Source: Eledone cirrhosa (lineage: Eukaryota). Taken from it: a stretch of DNA of 64,000 nt. Shown piece after piece: positions 60,501 to 64,000 of this stretch. Under the pieces are notes generated by a model. That model was not told the origin of the DNA. It made no database searches and saw nothing but the letters and a program-made list of their open reading frames with translations. Each line of letters begins with the position of its first letter. Positions within the stretch are counted from its first letter, which is position 1. The DNA lies in the NCBI GenBank assembly GCA_964016885.1, contig OZ024740.1, positions 357,864,001-357,928,000 on the forward strand, in the 5' to 3' direction. The position numbers and the translations under genes are program-made.

Positions 60501-60897
60501 GGGTCTGAGACTTGGACACTGACCAAGAAACTCACTCAGATGGTGGATGGGTGCTACACGAGAATGCTGAGGATGGCTCTGAACATTAATCAGTATACAC
60601 TGAGGATTAAAAACTCAGAGCTGTATGGGAGCATCCCAAAAGTCAGCTCAAAAGTGACAGAGGAGACTGAGGTTAGCTGGACATGCTCACCGACATCCAG
60701 AGTTGACATTGCACTCAGTACTCCTTTGGGAGCCCCTACATGGACACACTAGAAGAGGAAGACCAAGGTTAACGTATGTTGATGCCCTAAGGACAGACAC
60801 TGGTCTGTTGGAGATGCGAGACATGGCAGCGATAATGAGGGACAGAGACTGCTGGAGAGAACTCGTCCATGGATCTCGGGAATTTTACCCGCATTAG
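57593..60897 (+). mobile_element. Full-length RTE-clade LINE of a second family (APE plus RT, no PHD), with a few stops and frameshifts
   Basis: GTLNVRT, IQEHR, GDFNA, SDHR, NYRGISL, FIDFRKAFD, QGDTLAP, FADD. 12-bp TSD ATATCTGGAGCA at 57581-57592 and 60898-60909. Confidence 0.95.
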
Positions 60898-61877
60898 ATA
60901 TCTGGAGCAAAAGTTTTCAGAGGAAAAAATAACTAATTGTAAATATGAACCTTTCTCAAGAGAAAGAAGTTTTGAGATAATTGCTTCCCACTAACCCATT
61001 CAGAAACGAAACTGATTCCTTACTGGTTTAAGAAGTGTACTGTAATATGCAAATGATATCACTCGCAATTTGCTAGCACTTAACTCAGCTGGACACTGCA
61101 AAACTATTAAGTATTTCATGAATTTTCAGTGCTGACCTTAATTATTTTCACAAATACAGCTTGATGAATGATAGGTTCTATAAAGCTGGACTGACCTAGA
61201 TACACTACAAGATAGTGGCACCTGTACAACTCAATACATTATAGAACTTCTCATCAAACAGAAAATATTACAGGAGAATCCATAGAGCCACTCTTCAGTG
61301 ATATAACAGTGCTAAGTTATGTGGTTACTCAATTCAAACTTTTGCAAGTCAGACATGTGGAGCAAGAAAGAATTCTGGAGAAATATAACTTAGAAATGAA
61401 AAGATTGGGGAGGGAAACATTTAATATGTAGAAATAATTAGGACAAATAGGAGCTGGGAGAAGAAGCCAGTAGACTTAGTAAATTGAAATGGTGTGGTTT
61501 AGAGTTGGCAGTTTCAGAGGAATGCGGACATTTTTTCTGTTATGATACCACTCAGTGGTTGTTCTCTCTCACACACACAAGTTTAGATATCTTTCAAGTC
61601 ATCTTTGTTTGGCAGTCAAACAATTTAGCATTACTGCCAAAATCAAAATCAACTGCATTGCTGATATTTTATTTTGGATTAATTAAAACTTAGAGTTTGT
61701 TTCCTCTGACTTTCTTCAACAGAACTGAATTTTTCTCCCCACCATGAATGTAATTTTAATTATATTGGTTTGCATTTTGGAACTGACCCGTATCATTTGG
61801 TTTTCACCTAAAGTGTAGCAATGCCCCATCCATCTCCTAATATCACTGTAGGGATAAACAGATGGATTTTTTAAAAA

Positions 61878-62002
61878 TTAGCTTTGCCTTTCATGCTTAC
61901 AGGGTTAATAAAATAAAGTACCAGTAACACACTGGGGTAGATTTAATCGAATTTCCCTTCCCTCAAAATTGTTGGCCTTGTGCATAAAGTAGAAACAATT
62001 TT
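61878..62002 (+). mobile_element. Meta-domain SINE fragment
   Basis: ctttgcctttcatgcttacagggttaataaaataaagtaccag. Confidence 0.65.
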
Positions 62003-63669
62003 TAAGATACCCTTTAAAATCCTATAGCTGGCAGGTTAAATTTAAATCAATTTTTGGCATAATTAAAATATTTAAATTATCTTTTCAAAAAATCCAATCC
62101 AAGCTATGATAAGACTGCAGTTGAATTTCTGATGATCCAACTCTTACATGGAAAATAATGTAGTAACAATATAGTGGGGATAAAATATAGGAAAATGAGA
62201 AATGAAGATAGTGTGTGCATTGTCTGCAGACCTTCAGGAGAAAATAACCTAAGATAAGGGAATAGTATTTGTCTAACAAATTAGCATATTTAAAATGTTT
62301 GTGCTGGTTCTCTCTTACACTTATCAAGAAATTTCAAAAGTCTTAAGTCTAAAATGTTATGTTGTAAAATAGTCTTAACCTTTTTGATAAACCTTTTATA
62401 GATAATAAATGTTTCTAGATACAGATGAAACTTCATTTTAACATGTTTATTCATATATTAAAACTTTTCTTCATAATTTTATTTTAGAAATTTTTCTAAA
62501 GAAATGTTTTAGATATCAGTTTACTAATGAAAAACAGTTATCTTATGAAATTTTTCCAAATATTTGGTTATTTTCAAAATTAATTGAAACAGTGTATAGG
62601 CAGTGTATTTCATTAGAAATATGGTAATGAAAGGGTTAAGGATATAAAACCATTTCACTTTTAGTTTTTACACTTTTGTCTCTGGTGAGATCTAGGCAAT
62701 TATTGTAAATTTGAAATTTGTTTGACAACTGCGAGGAAAACGTTGATAAGGAGAAAGATTCCATAGAGATACAAGTTTAAAGAGAAATTTCATAGAGCTG
62801 CAAGTCTAGGGAGAAATGCTTGTACAAAGTGTTCATATTAAAGCTTCAGATATAGACTAGGATCACATAATAAGATGTGCTGGAGCTGGATAGTATTCAG
62901 CTTGCTAACTCAACCTGCTGAATGGCATTTTGAGATGTTATCTATGCACAGAACTCTTCCTGATATGAAAGTAGTTTTCTAAATGGGCTGCACTTCAGTT
63001 TTGAGGAGGATAAGCAACCAACCAAATTTGTATTTTCTGGCACTTAAGAGGAAGCTTAATGTTTAGGATGTGGTTTTGACCATGCTATATAATGGTCACA
63101 AAACATGCATATCTAACATGTGGTGTCTAAGCTATATGTGAATGAAACCTGCATGGAAAAGGCTGAAGAGTGAAAGATAGTGTCATCTTTTGTAGGAGTG
63201 TATAACCCCACCCCCCTAAACAAACAGGTCATTAATGTACAGATGAAAAACTGATGAAGACAACTGAACCTTGGGGTATACAAGAGTAGATAGAATATAG
63301 ATCAGCATATAGAGCCGAATAGGAAACTTCCAATCCAAATGTTCATAAGTGAACAATTCAGCTAAACACATGAGATATTCCTTCCTTGTTCTTTCTTTTC
63401 TTTTCTTTGTCTCATGAGATCCTTGTGCTATAAAAAACACAATACCTTCTCCCTGATGTCACATAAAATTCTATGAGTACATGTTATAGCTTAATTGCTA
63501 TAAGTTATTGTTTTGTCTCTTACTCCATGGACAGCGCTTTGGCTTGTGTCAGATGCTGTGACTCCGGAAGGACCAGCAGAACTATTGGAGGGGTTGAAAC
63601 TGCTAAAGTCCATCTCAACGGCTGAAGATTCTGGAGTTCTGTGTCTTTCATTTGTATATATATATATAT

Positions 63670-64000
63670 ATCATCATCATCACCGTTTTACGTCTATTCT
63701 TCCATGCTAGCATGGGTTAGACGGATTCTCCTGTTGTGGGCAATGCCAGGTCAGGTGACCATGTCTTGCTCATACGGGAACTGATTTTGGCTTGATTTCT
63801 ACAGTTGAATGCCCTTCCTAACACCAACCTCATTTTCAGTGAGTACTGGGTGCTTTTTTACCATGGCGCCTACATGACCATTTTATAGTGTGGACTGGGT
63901 GCTTTTTTATCATGACACCTTCACGATCACTTTGCAGTGGGAGGGGATGGGGACATATTGCCTATATGCTTCAGCTTCGGCTTGTACCCGTGGGAAGTCG
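63670..64000 (-). mobile_element. RTE subfamily A 3' end (runs off the window)
   Basis: (GAT)n tail adjoining (TA)n. 3'UTR matches about 1700-2016. Confidence 0.85.

Noticed and set aside
62376-62639. Second TTAA-flanked MITE (ttaacctttt..aaagggttaa)
   Set aside because: The TIR match is short and imperfect, with no second copy in the window to support it.
55840-64000. GFPT first exon(s) (MCGIFAY..RGYDSA) and promoter
   Set aside because: Not found on reading this interval; presumably upstream, beyond the window.

Overview
Repeat-rich animal genomic DNA, most likely an octopod cephalopod (inferred from giant (TA)n arrays, RTE LINEs with (GAT)n tails and CORE/Meta-type SINEs). The whole window lies inside one minus-strand gene, glutamine:fructose-6-phosphate amidotransferase (GFPT/GFAT). 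I traced 11 consecutive GT-AG coding exons with consistent phases from 55839 to 2531. The N-terminal MCG..DSA exon(s) and the C-terminal exons lie outside the window. The introns contain: an RTE LINE family with a PHD finger after the RT core, often embedded in (TA)n; a second, full-length RTE LINE with a 12-bp TSD; Penelope-like relics with several type I hammerhead-ribozyme motifs; Helitron, mariner and pogo relics; five piggyBac-type MITEs; SINEs; and two 4.6-6.4 kb TA-rich arrays. The most interesting signals are candidate microexons in the intron equivalent to the vertebrate muscle-specific GFPT1 exon position, the PHD-bearing LINEs, the hammerhead/foldback elements and several long inverted repeats. 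All alignments and folds were done by eye.
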